Assembly (NCBI RefSeq): GCF_030684315.1
Contig: NC_081387.1
Coordinates: 5,002,497 to 5,066,496 of the forward strand
Reading direction: 5' to 3'
DNA: 64,000 bases
Source of the DNA: Stegostoma tigrinum
Lineage: Eukaryota
Made by a program: the position numbers and the translations under genes. The notes beneath the pieces were generated by a model. That model was not told the origin of the DNA. It searched no databases and saw only the letters and a list, made by a program, of their open reading frames with translations. Shown here in pieces: positions 52,801-63,466 of the stretch (positions are counted from its first letter, which is position 1; every line of letters begins with the position of its first letter).

Positions 52801-55800
52801 CCCCCCCCCCCCCCCCCGCCTCGGGCTGACCATCCAGACTGATCGCCTGCTCCGGCAGACGGTTTCAGGAGAGCGGCCTGAGGTGAGGGGGCCGGAGGGG
52901 GGAGACCCCGCCCGGGGGGCCGGGCCGGGAGGTGGTGAGGGCGGGTCAGGTGCAGGCGGCCCTGATCCGTGCTTCACACCGGGTGAAGACGGCCCGATGT
53001 CTCCCCCCCCACCCCCCGCTCTCACCTTGTCGGGCCAGGGCGGTTTCGTACATGATCGGGATGTTGTGTTCACAGTAAGCCGTCCCTTCCTGGTACTTCG
53101 CTTCCGCGCTCTCCCTGTTGAATCTGTCCACATTAGACTGCATCCAGGCTTTCACCGCGATGTACTTCTTCTGGTTATAGTCATAATACGCCATCAGCTC
53201 CTTGTCATAAACATGCTGTTCTAGAAAGACCCAGTCCCCGGTGCTGTTAAACAGACATCTGTGTAAGCCAATGAAGGAATGGGCGCCTGAGAGAGAGAGA
53301 GAGAGAGAGAGTAAGTCACCATCCCAAACCCATCCCGCCTGCAGAGATGGGACAGCCATCACACACTGTCCCTTGTGGCCGTAACCCAACTGATCCCCAC
53401 TAAACCGGGGCATCGGAGAAGGGAACCATAGAGGGAGCGCTCCCGGGTTCCGGAAAAAGCCTTTTATTCCTTTGTGGAAAGTGGCAGGTCGCTCGCTGGA
53501 ACAGCTAATGTCGCTTGTGATATGTTAGACTTGAGAAATTTAACTGTTTAGGGACTGATTGGCGTTTTTGGTGATTCACTGTCACGATATTGCGGACAGT
53601 TATGGCTGAGCAACAAACCCAAGCCGTTAAAGAGACTCAAGCAATTAGCCATTTCTGGCGAAACTACATCAAAACTCAATTTGCCACCCGCCAAATGAAC
53701 TGTTAGAGATAGTAGTAGCTGCAGAATCTGGGATAACACGGTGTGGAGCTGGACGAACACAGCAGGCCAAGCAGCAGAGGAGCAGGAAAGGCTGACATTT
53801 TGGGCCTAGACCCTTAAGAAATGTCGGCCTTTCCTGCTCCTCTGACGCTGCTTGGCCTGATGTGTTTATCCAGCTCTACACTTATGCCAAACAAACTGGA
53901 TGCTTTATGGCCACAAAGGACTGCTCTACAGGAGAATTTAGCTCTGATTAACTCCTTATCTTCAAAAAGGTGGTCAGAAGTCACAGCACACCAGATGACA
54001 GAATTTTTCCCCACCCGAAGTTAAACCTATCTTTTGGAGTGCATCCTTACTGAGTTTATAGACAGATCAAAGGTCTTAAAATGGAGGGGATGGGGAAGAG
54101 CAGACTTGCTGAATAAGTCTCCACAGGTAATGAAAGGTGTCAGAGAGCAAAGTGTCAACAGCTGCACAGCAAGCTAAGAGGTGACCTATCATACAAGTAA
54201 GTGAGACAGATAATTACAAAAAATTAAAAGGTGGTGTTGGACAAACCAATGACTGGAACAACATAATAGGTACAAGAGTCACATGCCAAGGATCTAACCA
54301 AGTACCCCAAAACTTTATAAACGCAAGTACAGAGATCACAAGATCAAGGTGACAGTGTCAAAACAGGACAGTTAGGAAAATTTTACAGATACCAAATATG
54401 GTGGGGGTCACATGAAGCACAAAATGAACCCATGATCACAGCTGAGGTCATCTTGATGGGCATGGAGCTTGACTATCAGTTTGATTGGTGATTCTGCTTT
54501 GCACATCTCATGGGTCACCTTGGAGACCACTCACCCAAAGATCAGGGGCTGAATATCCTTGACTGCTGAAGTGTTTCAACTGGGAGGGTACATCCCAGTC
54601 TGGCTCTGCTCTGAAAGCCTGCCATTTTCCAATAAACCTGGTGTTTGTGTGACTTCTGATCCAGATCATTCAGACAGATTGTTAGTCAGTGCTAAAAATT
54701 GCACAGACTACTTTGATAAGCAAACTGCAGACTTGTCGTAACTTGGGTGGAAGGACATTGAAAAACTCAGACTGAAAGACAAGAATTTGTTCAAGAACTG
54801 AACACTAGAGAACACCCTTTAGCACAAGTCAGAATACTGCAAGGATCAAACCATGAGACTTTTCTTCACCTCCCAATCCAGTGGGAGACTACTGGCTGGA
54901 GACAAGCAGAAATTGCTGGAAGAGCTCAGGTCTGGCAGGCTCTGAGGAGTGAAGCTACAGTTAACCTATCAGGTCATGTGACCCTTCCTGTTCTTTTGGT
55001 TTTTAAACTCATTGAAGTCTGGCCAGATTTCACCATTAATCAGGTAATAGCTATGTTGGGTACTGGGTTGAGGGGCCTTTTGTTGCTACATGCAATAGTT
55101 TGAATTATTGTTTGTGCTTGGAGATATTTAAGTAGCCAAATTAAAAGGTAACTCAGTGATTTACCCACTGCTTGTCTCTAGTTACCCCTCAAGTTGCTGA
55201 GCAGCCTGCTTGAACCTCTAATCCATGTCATGTTAAGGTGGGAATACTAGGATTTTAACAAAACTGCAGGAATAGCAATGCATTGCCAAGTCAGGTTTCA
55301 GAGGTTTGGAGGGGAACCTACTAATATTTTCCATATTTGTCCAACATTTGGAAATATGAGTCATGCCTTTGGAAGGCAACATCTTAGGCAAATTAATCCA
55401 GTTCATTATTTAGGTGGTACATTGCTGCTCAAGAACAGCAGCAGAGGGAATGAATTGCACTGCATCCATAAAGTGGAAGTGAGCTGCTTAGTCCTGCATA
55501 TTGTTATTAAATTGTTGTTGGGGCCAAATTAGTTCAGTTCAGAGTAATGACATTTCTGGTGATGGACAGGGGAGTCAGGTGGTGAATTACTCACTGCAGG
55601 ATTCCCAGTCTGACTGGGTCTTGCAGCTACCTGTAGGGGGTAGTCTTTTTTTGGAAATTGGTAACCCCCATTGAGGACAATGACAATGCCATTGAAGGTC
55701 AAAGGGCAATTAATTTATTTCCTAGCATGTGGAGAGAATGTCACTTGCCACTTTTCAGCCTAAGCATGGCTAGCCCAAGCCTTAGGATTTGCACATGAAC

Positions 55801-58800
55801 TGCTTCATTTGATCAAAAGTGGTGCTGAACATCAGTGAACATATCCACTTCTGACCTGGAGGGAAACTCATTGAAACAGATGCTGCTTGGGCCTAATACA
55901 CTTTGCTGGATTGGACATATTGACGATCATCTTATGTGCCTAGGATGAAGGAGTTCCTCCTTTTCCAAATATCCTATACAGCCACACAACATGACCTCCT
56001 CACTCCTATACTCAATGCACAGACCAATAAAAAGGCAAGCATACAAAATGCATCCTTCACTATGCTGTCTACCTGCAACTCCACTTCTAATGAACCAAGA
56101 ACTTGCACTGCAAGGTCTTTGTTGACCAAGACTCCTCAGGACCTTACACTGAACATACAAGTCCTGCCCTGATTTGCCTTTCCAAAATGCAATACTGCAC
56201 ATTTAGATAAGTTAAACTTCACCTGCTACTCCTCAGTCAGACAGCCCATCAATCAAGGTCCTGTTGGACAGGGGAGAATGTTACCTTTGAGCATATTAGT
56301 CTAGTTTCAGTGTCATCATACCTTCTATGTTCACATGAATAATTTATCAAAACAAAAAAGCAGTGGATCCAGCACTGATCCTTGTGCCAGGCCACTGGCC
56401 TCCAGTCTGAAAAGCAAATCTTTGCCACCATGTCTTCTACATGAGTCAGTTCTGTATCCAGTAGCCAGTTTTTCCTGTATTCTGAGATACAACCTGGCTA
56501 ACCAGTCTAACATGCAGAACCTTGAACACCTTACTGTACAGGACATTCATTGGGCCACTTTTGGAATACTGCATTCAGTTCATGTAGCAGGGACATCAGA
56601 AAATCCAGAAACTTTAGGTTCAGAAGAGATTTAAAAGGATGTTGCCAGGTTGAGGGTTTGAGCTATAGGGAGAGGCTGAATAGGCTGGGCTGTTTACCCT
56701 GGAGTGTCAGAGGCTGAGGGGGTTGCCTTATAGAAGGAGTTAAGGTCGGGGGGGGGGGGGGGGGCGGCATGGATAGGGTGAATAGTCAAGGTCTTTTCCC
56801 AGGATAGGGGAGTCCAAAACTAGAGGACATGGGTTTAAGAGGGGAAGATTTGAAAGGGACCCAAGGGCAGCTTTTTTCCATGCAGAGGGTGGTGTAAATG
56901 AAGTGAGCACTGAGGGGAAATGGAGGTACAAATTACAACAACATTTAAAGAGGTAGCTGGATGGGTATGTGATTAAGGAGGGTCCAGAGGGATGCAGGGT
57001 CAAATGCTGGCCAACAGACCTAGGTTTATTTAGGATATCTGGTTAGCATGGACAAGTTGCGCCAAAAGGGTCTATTTCTAGGACTCCTAAACACTGTCAA
57101 TTATCTTGATGTAAGAGCCTGCATATTTTAGCTTTTGTCCAAGATTGAACAAAGGCTAGAGGCCAGAACTGAGTGGCCCTAAAGTGGATGTCACCGAGTA
57201 GATGCTGCTTGATAGCAATGTTGATGTCTTCCACCAGTGAGTAGAAACTATGGTGTTGTAATTGGCCAGGTTGGATTGGTCCTGCCTGGTGTTCTGGCAT
57301 TTCCCAGTGTTGTACTTAATAGCTTGGCAAGGAGTTGCTAGTTCTTAAAGATTAAACACCATTGCCAGATGTAGCCAGGGCCCATAGGTGTAGTAGCCAT
57401 GATATGAACTGGCTCAGGCCTGGCATCTGATGGGGACACCACTAGATAAGGCCCAGGATGGATCATGCACACCACTTCTGGCTGGAGATTGCTGGGAACG
57501 CTTCAGCCTTATTTTTCAAACCTGATGTGCTAAGCTGACAGTTGCAGACAGGGATTTGTGGATTGTCATGAGTTGGTTGTCCACTGCTGTTTATATTGAT
57601 AGTTGCAGGACTGCAGAGCTTAGATCTGATCTATTGGTTGAGAAACTTAATGTTCATTTGCTGAGACTAGTCCTGCTGTGAGCACATTTTGGGTATGCTT
57701 AGTGCTGCTCTTGGCATACCCTCTAATGAGCCAAAGTTAACCCATGACCCTGATGGCAATAGAGTGACATATGCTGGGCCATGAAGTTGAGGATTGTACA
57801 ATTCTGTCATTGACAGCCCATAAGAAGCCAAGTCTCAAATTCAGATTTGGCTGATAGCTGTCCTATTCAGCAGTGAATGCAAGACTTCATCTCCACGAGG
57901 ACTGTACAGGGGTCAACTGTAATATTACCTGGATATATTGGAGGCAGATTGGCAAGGATGGAGTCAGTAAGTTCTTCCATGTTGGCTCCCTCACCACCTG
58001 CTGCAGACTCTGCCAGCAGCAGCAGTGTCCTTTAGTACCTGACTAGACAGTTCTGATGGACAATCATTGAAATGTTAATTCCAAATACTGCTGGAATTGG
58101 AGTTTTGCCAGCACTTAAAATATTCTGTTACTCCAGAGAGGTACAAAGAGTCTTGCCTGCAGTAACAAAGGAAGCGTGCAAGTTGATTAGCACATGCAAA
58201 GTCAACCATCTGTTGGAGATTGGCTAGGACACCAACTCAACTGAGTAGACAAGGTGTTTTGGTCTAATAAACAAAAACTCAAGGTTGGGGAAACAACATG
58301 TCAATGGAATCACAGATAACTATGAGGACCAGAGGATACATCAGGACATAGATCAGTCGACAACATGGGCAGAGATGGCAGATGGAGTTTAATCTGGAAA
58401 AGTGATGTAATGCATTTCAGAAGGCCTAATCCAGTTGGAAAACAGTAAATGTCAGAACCCTTATAAGTATTGATTGGCACAGTGATTGGAGTGTACACAG
58501 GTCACTGAAAATGGCATGGAGTTGGAGAAGGTGGTCAACAAGGCATACATCATGCTTGCCTTCATCAACTGGGGCATGGAGTTTAAGACTTGCAGGTAAT
58601 GTTGCAGCTTTATCAAAGCTTAGTTTGGCCACATTTGGAATATTGAGTTCAATTCTGGTTGCCACTTATGATTGCAAAAATTATAGTGCAAAAGTTTCAC
58701 AACAGGAAGGAATTGAGTACCAAAGGTTAACATTGTTCATAAAATGCAAGCTCGAGATTGAGCTGCTTGAACTACTGGAAGCAACCACAGCAGTAAGTGT

Positions 58801-61366
58801 GGCAGGCATGTTAACTGACTGGTCCAAGTCACAAATCAGTACAAAGTATTTTCCTCCAAGCTTCACAAGTGAGGAGCCATTGTCATTTACAAATGTTTGC
58901 ACTACTGGAGACATTCGACCTATTTCCTTGCTGTCTCAGCACAAGCAATTTATAATCATTGCTGCAGAATTAAAGACTTTTCTAAAGTGAAATTTAATGT
59001 TACTGTGACACTTCAGCACTTTCTGCATCTAATACACTTACGTAATTGCTGGTTGATCCTAGTACAAGTAGCTGACAATGAAATGGACTTGATGGATTAA
59101 AAGTTGAGAAGTTAAAGATTACAATCCTAGACAAAGTTGTGGGTTGTATTGCATCCAACTTTTAAAATATACTGATGTTTTAGATCACAGAACATTTTAT
59201 TAATTCAGTTGAGAACTGACTAATATTTAAGCTTAGGACAGTGAAAATTCTGTTTTAATCAGCTGGCAAAGAAACCTGAAACCCCTAGTGAGTTGAGTTT
59301 CGAAACAGTTCTGTTAAACAAGTTGTTTGAGCCAGCTTGTGTAGGCACACTGCTTGTCTTTCTGAACTCCAATACCTTATTTCTGGGATATAGCAAAAGC
59401 ATGGTTGATACAAGACTTATACAAGTAGTGTTGTTTCGTGAAGAAATGAATCTAAGCTGCTGGAGAAACTCAGGTCTGGTAGTATTGGGGAGAGAAAGCA
59501 AGTTATTAAATCTAGTGACTCTTCAGTACATTGTCACATTCAATTTCGAAACTAGTTCTTTTGAGATGAGCCACAAGGCCACTGGACATTTGTCCATTTA
59601 AAGCCACTGTTCTCTTGAAGTGTTTTAGATTGTTGCTAGTCTGCTCCTAATTCAAGGCATTACCAGTCTTAGGCATTTTAAAACAGAAGTGATCTTAAAC
59701 CCCCTGAGGTTGTGGCTAATCATTATGACCCTGACATCTTTTGTGGAAAGGATCTGGGCTGAAGAGCCAGATTGTAAAGCAACTACAAAAACAAAGTTGC
59801 TGTAAAATCTCAGCAAGTCTGACAGCATCTGAGAAGGAGAAAAGTTACTGTTTCAGGTCCAGTGACCCTTCCTCATAAAGCAGCTATGTTTGTTTCCTTT
59901 AAAAAAAAGAGGACAGACCATGAAAATATCTGCAAAACATAAGCAGCCTAAGTAAGCCTGCAATATTGAACAGCATGCAACCCCAGCCTTAGGCCAGTGC
60001 AGAAAGATTCTTGAAAATAATTGTAAACATTACAAACATCCTGATGCAATTCCAAATAATCCCAACTGCTGAACAACTCAATTAATCCTTTTGGACTTCA
60101 GGTGAAAGGAAACAAAAGAGCTATTGCTTTTGAAGCACAGTATCCTCCAATTCTATTTCACTGTGGTCTGGGTATGGCAGGGCATAGTTATAGGGAGAAA
60201 GTTTTATTGCATCAAACTTTTTTAAAGTTTGGCACATGTTAGTGGGGAAGAACAAACACCTCACTACATCTTTGCCCCTGAACCATAATCTCATTAGAGA
60301 GGCATGCTTCTGATGGAGTAGCCCAAACTGCCTGAAATAGCCACCATGTTAGAAATAAATATAGTGAGTCATGCTGATTGACTGGTCTAGGTAACAAAGT
60401 CAGCACAAGAACTTTCATCCAAAATGCACAAGTGTGGGATCATGAGAAATTGGAGTTATGTACTACAGTAGAAATAGATGCTGAGCAGACTGTAAAAAGC
60501 AGGATAGTAGGATTTGATTTTTTTGATTAACAAAGACAGCTATTCTCCAATTTTGCAGTTCATAGGAAAGGGAAATTAGTGTTGGCCCTTGTTCTATTGA
60601 AAGTGCAAAAATAGGAAGGTTTTCCTAAAAAAAGCTAGTGTAAGTACACCCAGAACAGTGAACAGTACATTCCCAAATAAACAAAGATAATAGAATTTTA
60701 AAAAGTTTACTAGGTATATGGAGAGATCTTAAGAGTTTGAGCTTGCGCTCAATGGAGTGCATATTGGGAAGCTTATTGCAAAATTCATAGCCATTTTATG
60801 AACGTCAGGGCCAAATAACTTCCTTCTGCCGTGAGTAGTTGTAACACTGATTTAGAGCTTTAATAACAAAACTATTGGACGTGCTCCCACATGCAAAGGC
60901 GACCACTCAGTACATTGTGCAGTTTATTCAGCTGAATTTACACCATCAGGTTCATACTCTTACAGGTTACAGTAAGAATTACAGGTTTGTTTTTAAAATA
61001 AGCTTCCATTTTAACAAAGCTGACAAAAGATTCCAAACACTTACTGCCCTCCAATGAGGGAGTTTCTCCGTCACCTCTAATCCTTCAAGCAATCACTTTA
61101 AAAAAGTCAGTCCCTAAAGTCTCCAAGTTAGGGTAACGACAATTTCAAGTTGTGACTGATGCACTCTAATCTAGATGAGGACTAGTGGGGGCAGTAATGT
61201 TAAAGAGACCTGCAAGTTTCCTTCCCCGGGGTCCGTAGGCTGCACGGGGGGTCTTACCGGCTCCGCTGTCCCTCTCGCCGTTAAAGATAACCAGGACCGC
61301 GATAAGGAGAGGGATCCGTACCCACAAAGAGCAAGCAGCAGCGCCACCCAGCGACTCCATAACCAT
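43869..61366 (-). CDS. MHC2B: MHC class II beta chain gene, 6 coding exons, 273 aa
   Basis: Manually spliced exons of 109+261+282+117+27+26 = 822 nt form one open frame: leader, beta1, beta2 (Ig C1-set), TM and a split cytoplasmic tail ending AILDSNHGPRLMGPAVS*. All introns are GT-AG and phase 1. Confidence 0.96.
44934..44960 (-). CDS. MHC2B: MHC IIB exon 5 (27-nt cytoplasmic microexon)
   Basis: TTTCTTTCTTTCAG|CTATCCTGGATTCCAACCATGGCCCAC|GTAAGT encodes AILDSNHGP in frame, with strong splice sites on both sides. Confidence 0.85.
46777..47410 (+). mobile_element. solo-LTR-like repeat in intron 4
   Basis: TG...CA ends, TATAAAAA at ~47287 and AATAAA at ~47354. No clean TSD, so the 5' boundary is uncertain. 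Confidence 0.45.
47013..47176. mobile_element. fold-back Penelope pLTR mini-element
   Basis: 14-bp TSD catgtgatgtatgg (46999-47012 and 47177-47190). Same arms as 9988-10221. Confidence 0.88.
48005..48121 (-). CDS. MHC2B: MHC IIB exon 4 (connecting peptide and transmembrane)
   Basis: EVESTTKSEKTKIIVGVLGFVFGLIILLAGVIMRLKNAK carries the class II beta GxxGxxxGxxxxxxG motif. Acceptor TTTTGGTAG, donor G|GTGAG. Not present in the ORF track. Confidence 0.95.
49089..49370 (-). CDS. MHC2B: MHC IIB exon 3 (beta2 Ig C1 domain)
   Basis: 282 nt encoding LICYAVGFYPAKISVTW...NGDWTYQ...YTCHVEHSSL, the class II beta2 signature. Acceptor TTCCAG, donor G|GTAAG. Confidence 0.98.
50636..52560. mobile_element. 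Penelope-like element in MHC IIB intron 2 (minus body, plus inverted end)
   Basis: RT TMDIQSLYTCIPH...KGVAMGTHMGPSY and FYIGET motifs. 13-bp TSD tgatgggtagttg (50623-50635 and 52561-52573). Confidence 0.9.
52467..52501 (+). ncRNA. minimal hammerhead ribozyme motif in a Penelope pLTR
   Basis: CTGATGA-A-GGG-tctaag-CCC-GAAA-CGTC: catalytic core boxes, stem II and palindromic ACGT helix III. Stem I is weak. Confidence 0.6.
53026..53286 (-). CDS. MHC2B: MHC IIB exon 2 (beta1 peptide-binding domain)
   Basis: GAHSFIGLHRCLFNSTGDW...YCEHNIPIMYETALARQ has two Cys, an N-glycan sequon NST and the conserved H81/N82-equivalent CEHN. Acceptor (TC)nAG, donor G|GTGAG. Confidence 0.97.
53289..53311. repeat. 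(GA)n microsatellite forming the polypyrimidine tract of the exon 2 acceptor
   Basis: About 11-12 GA units abut the acceptor AG. Confidence 0.9.
53704..53885. mobile_element. fold-back Penelope pLTR mini-element in intron 1
   Basis: Inverted arms with an imperfect flanking repeat gccaaa..aactg. Confidence 0.75.
55975..57085. mobile_element. degenerate CR1 fragments in opposite orientations in intron 1
   Basis: QGSVLDPLLF remnant on the minus strand and ORF2 C-terminus/3' UTR on the plus strand. Confidence 0.7.
61258..61366 (-). CDS. MHC2B: MHC IIB exon 1 (signal peptide)
   Basis: Encodes MVMESLGGAAACSLWVRIPLLIAVLVIFNGERDSGA with a hydrophobic core. Donor G|GTAAGA. The start could be ATG 61366 or ATG 61360. 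Confidence 0.9.
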
Positions 61367-61414
61367 ACTGCAACAATCACAAACTGACACTGAGCGCGGG
61401 TGGGGGGAGCTGCC

Positions 61415-61422
61415 TTTAAATA
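61415..61422 (-). promoter_or_regulatory. TATA-like box of MHC IIB
   Basis: TATTTAAA on the minus strand, about 50 bp upstream of the first ATG and just downstream of the CCAAT array. Confidence 0.6.
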
Positions 61423-61433
61423 GAGATCCGGAG

Positions 61434-61523
61434 AACCAATCAAAGTGGGGACTGGGCCAACCAATCAGAGTGGGGACTGGGCCAACCAATCAGAGTGGGG
61501 ACTGGGCCAACCAATCAGAGTGG
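61434..61523 (-). promoter_or_regulatory. 25-bp tandem repeat (~3.6 copies) carrying four inverted CCAAT / Y boxes
   Basis: Unit ccaatcagagtggggactgggccaa, with CCAAT at 61436, 61461, 61486 and 61511. Three copies read CTGATTGGTT on the gene strand, the class II Y-box consensus. Confidence 0.85.
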
Positions 61524-61534
61524 AAGATCCAAAT

Positions 61535-61812
61535 GAACTTCGGATGCTGTAAGATAACGAAGTGTGGAGTTGGATGAACACAGCAGGACAAGCAGCATAT
61601 CAGGGGCAGTTTGTGCTCCTGAGATGCTGCTTGTCCTGCTGTGTTCATCCAGCTTCACACTTTGTTATCTTGGATTCTCCAGCATCTGCAGTTCCCATTA
61701 TCTCGGATGCTGTAAATCAGGAACAAAAACAGAAGTTGCTGGAAAAGCTCAGCCGGTCTGGCAGCCTCTGTGAAGTAAAAGTCAGAGTTAACATCGCAGG
61801 TCCAGTGACCTG
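61535..61812. mobile_element. Penelope family-2 terminus with a nested fold-back mini-element (61553-61702)
   Basis: 13-bp TSD tcggatgctgtaa (61540-61552 and 61703-61715). The host matches 11879-11990. Confidence 0.85.
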
Positions 61813-61889
61813 CTCACTGTAGAGTCTTATATAAGGCCAATCAACATGACACAGGACACATCCAATCACAGTAGACTAATACTTGTCCA

Positions 61890-62194
61890 ATTAGATTAGA
61901 TTAGCTTCCCTACAGTGTGGAAGCAGACCCTTCGGCCCAACAAGTCCACACTGCCCCTTGAAGCATCCCACCCAGACCCATCCCCCTAAACGCTATGGGC
62001 AATTTATCACAGCCAATCCACCTAAACTGCACATCTTTGGACTGTGGGAGGAAACCGGAGCACCCGGAGGAAACCCACGCAGACATGGGGAGAATGTGCA
62101 AACTCCACACAGACAGTCACCTGAGGTGGGAATCAAACCCAGGTCCCTGGTGCTGTGAGGCTGCAGTGCGATCCACTGAGCCACCGTGCAGCCC
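61890..62194 (-). mobile_element. full-length HE1/V-SINE-like SINE
   Basis: A and B boxes, V-domain, LINE-type 3' tail ending in (CTAAT)n, and a possible ATTAG target duplication. Confidence 0.88.
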
Positions 62195-62217
62195 TATTAG
62201 CGCAGTGAAGGGATAGC

Positions 62218-62262
62218 CCAATCAGAAGTGAGCTACGCGCTGTTCATCATCTGCTGCTGTGG
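62218..62262 (-). promoter_or_regulatory. candidate X-box and Y-box module
   Basis: Minus strand reads CCACAGCAGCAGATG, a 22-nt spacer, then CTGATTGG. This resembles the mammalian X1 (CCTAGCAACAGATG) and Y arrangement. Confidence 0.5.
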
Positions 62263-62707
62263 GAAGCAAATGCTGTAAAAAAAATTAAAATCGTCGGATC
62301 ATTGGTCAGGAGTGAGCCAATCAACATAGGTCAGCCTATATAACAGTGTTAGGGGGTGGGGTGCGGAGGAGCACCACAGGATCATAGGAGTTGTGAAGGT
62401 GATGTTTCAGCTCAGCTGATGCTGCCTGGCCTGAATCTGTGCTGACTTGTTCTAATCCAACCCTGCACTTCCAAGAACTTAGAAATCTCATCCTTACCGA
62501 TGGATTCTAGAATTTTACCAACAGCCGAGGTTTGGCCAATCAGCCAATGATTTTCCATTTTTTGTCTTGATCCTTTCTTAAACAAGGGGTTACAACAGCA
62601 ATTTTCCAATCATCTGGGACTTTCCCTGACTTCAGTTTGAGATTCATGACTATAGGCTGACCTAGAGATAGTAACAACTATTGATACTGGAGTCAGAGAT
62701 AACACGT

Positions 62708-63466
62708 GTCCCAGATGATTCGGAAATTGCTGTTGTAACCCCTTGTTTAAGAAAGGATCAAGACAAAACATGGAAAATTATAGGCCAATTGGCCTAACCT
62801 CGGTTGTTGGTAAAATTCTAGAATCCATCGTTAAGGATGAGATTTCTAAATTCTTGGCAGTGCAGGGTTGGATTAAAACAAGTCAGCATGGATTTAGTAA
62901 GGGGAGGTCATGCCTGACAAACCTGTTAGAATTCTTTTGAAGAGGCAACAAGTAGGTTAGACCAAGGAAACCCAGTGGATGTCATCTGTCTAGACTTCCA
63001 AAAGGCCTTTGATAAGGTGCCTCACGGGAAGCTGCTGGGTAAGGTGAGGGCCCATGGTGTTTGAGGTGAGCCACTAGCATGGATTGAGGATTGGCTGTCT
63101 GACAGAAGGCAGAGAGTTGGGATAAAAGGCTCTTTTTCAGAATGGCAACTGGTGACAAGTGGTGTCCTGCAGGGTTCAGTGTTGGGGCCGCAGCTGTTCA
63201 CTTTATATATTAATGATCTAGATGAAGGGTCTGGGGACATTCTGGTGAAGTTTGCCAATGATACGAAGTTAGGTGGACAGGCAGGTAGTACTGAGGAGGT
63301 GGGGAGGCTGCAGAAAGAGTGGACCAGGCTGATGAAATTCAACGTGAGCAAATGTGAGGTCTTGCACTTTGGGAAAAAGAATACAGGCATGGACTATTTT
63401 GTAAACAGTGTGAAAATTCATAAAGCCGAAGTACAAAGGGATCTGGGAGTGTTGGTCCAGGATTCT
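62708..63466 (+). mobile_element. CR1 RT fragment
   Basis: NYRPIGLTSVVGKILE, SCLTNLLEFF, SGVLQGSVLGPQLF and FAND motifs. Confidence 0.9.

Noticed and set aside
52618-53224. Gly/Pro-rich ORFs overlapping intron 2 and exon 2
   Set aside because: By-product of GC-rich low-complexity sequence and antisense reading of the MHC exon.
58511-58990. 159-aa ORF in intron 1
   Set aside because: Starts in a degenerate CR1 fragment and has no recognisable domain.
61434-61523. CRISPR-like array
   Set aside because: Head-to-tail repeats without unique spacers, in a eukaryotic promoter.
62120-62194. tRNA gene
   Set aside because: It is the tRNA-derived head of an HE1-type SINE and is followed by the V-domain and LINE tail.
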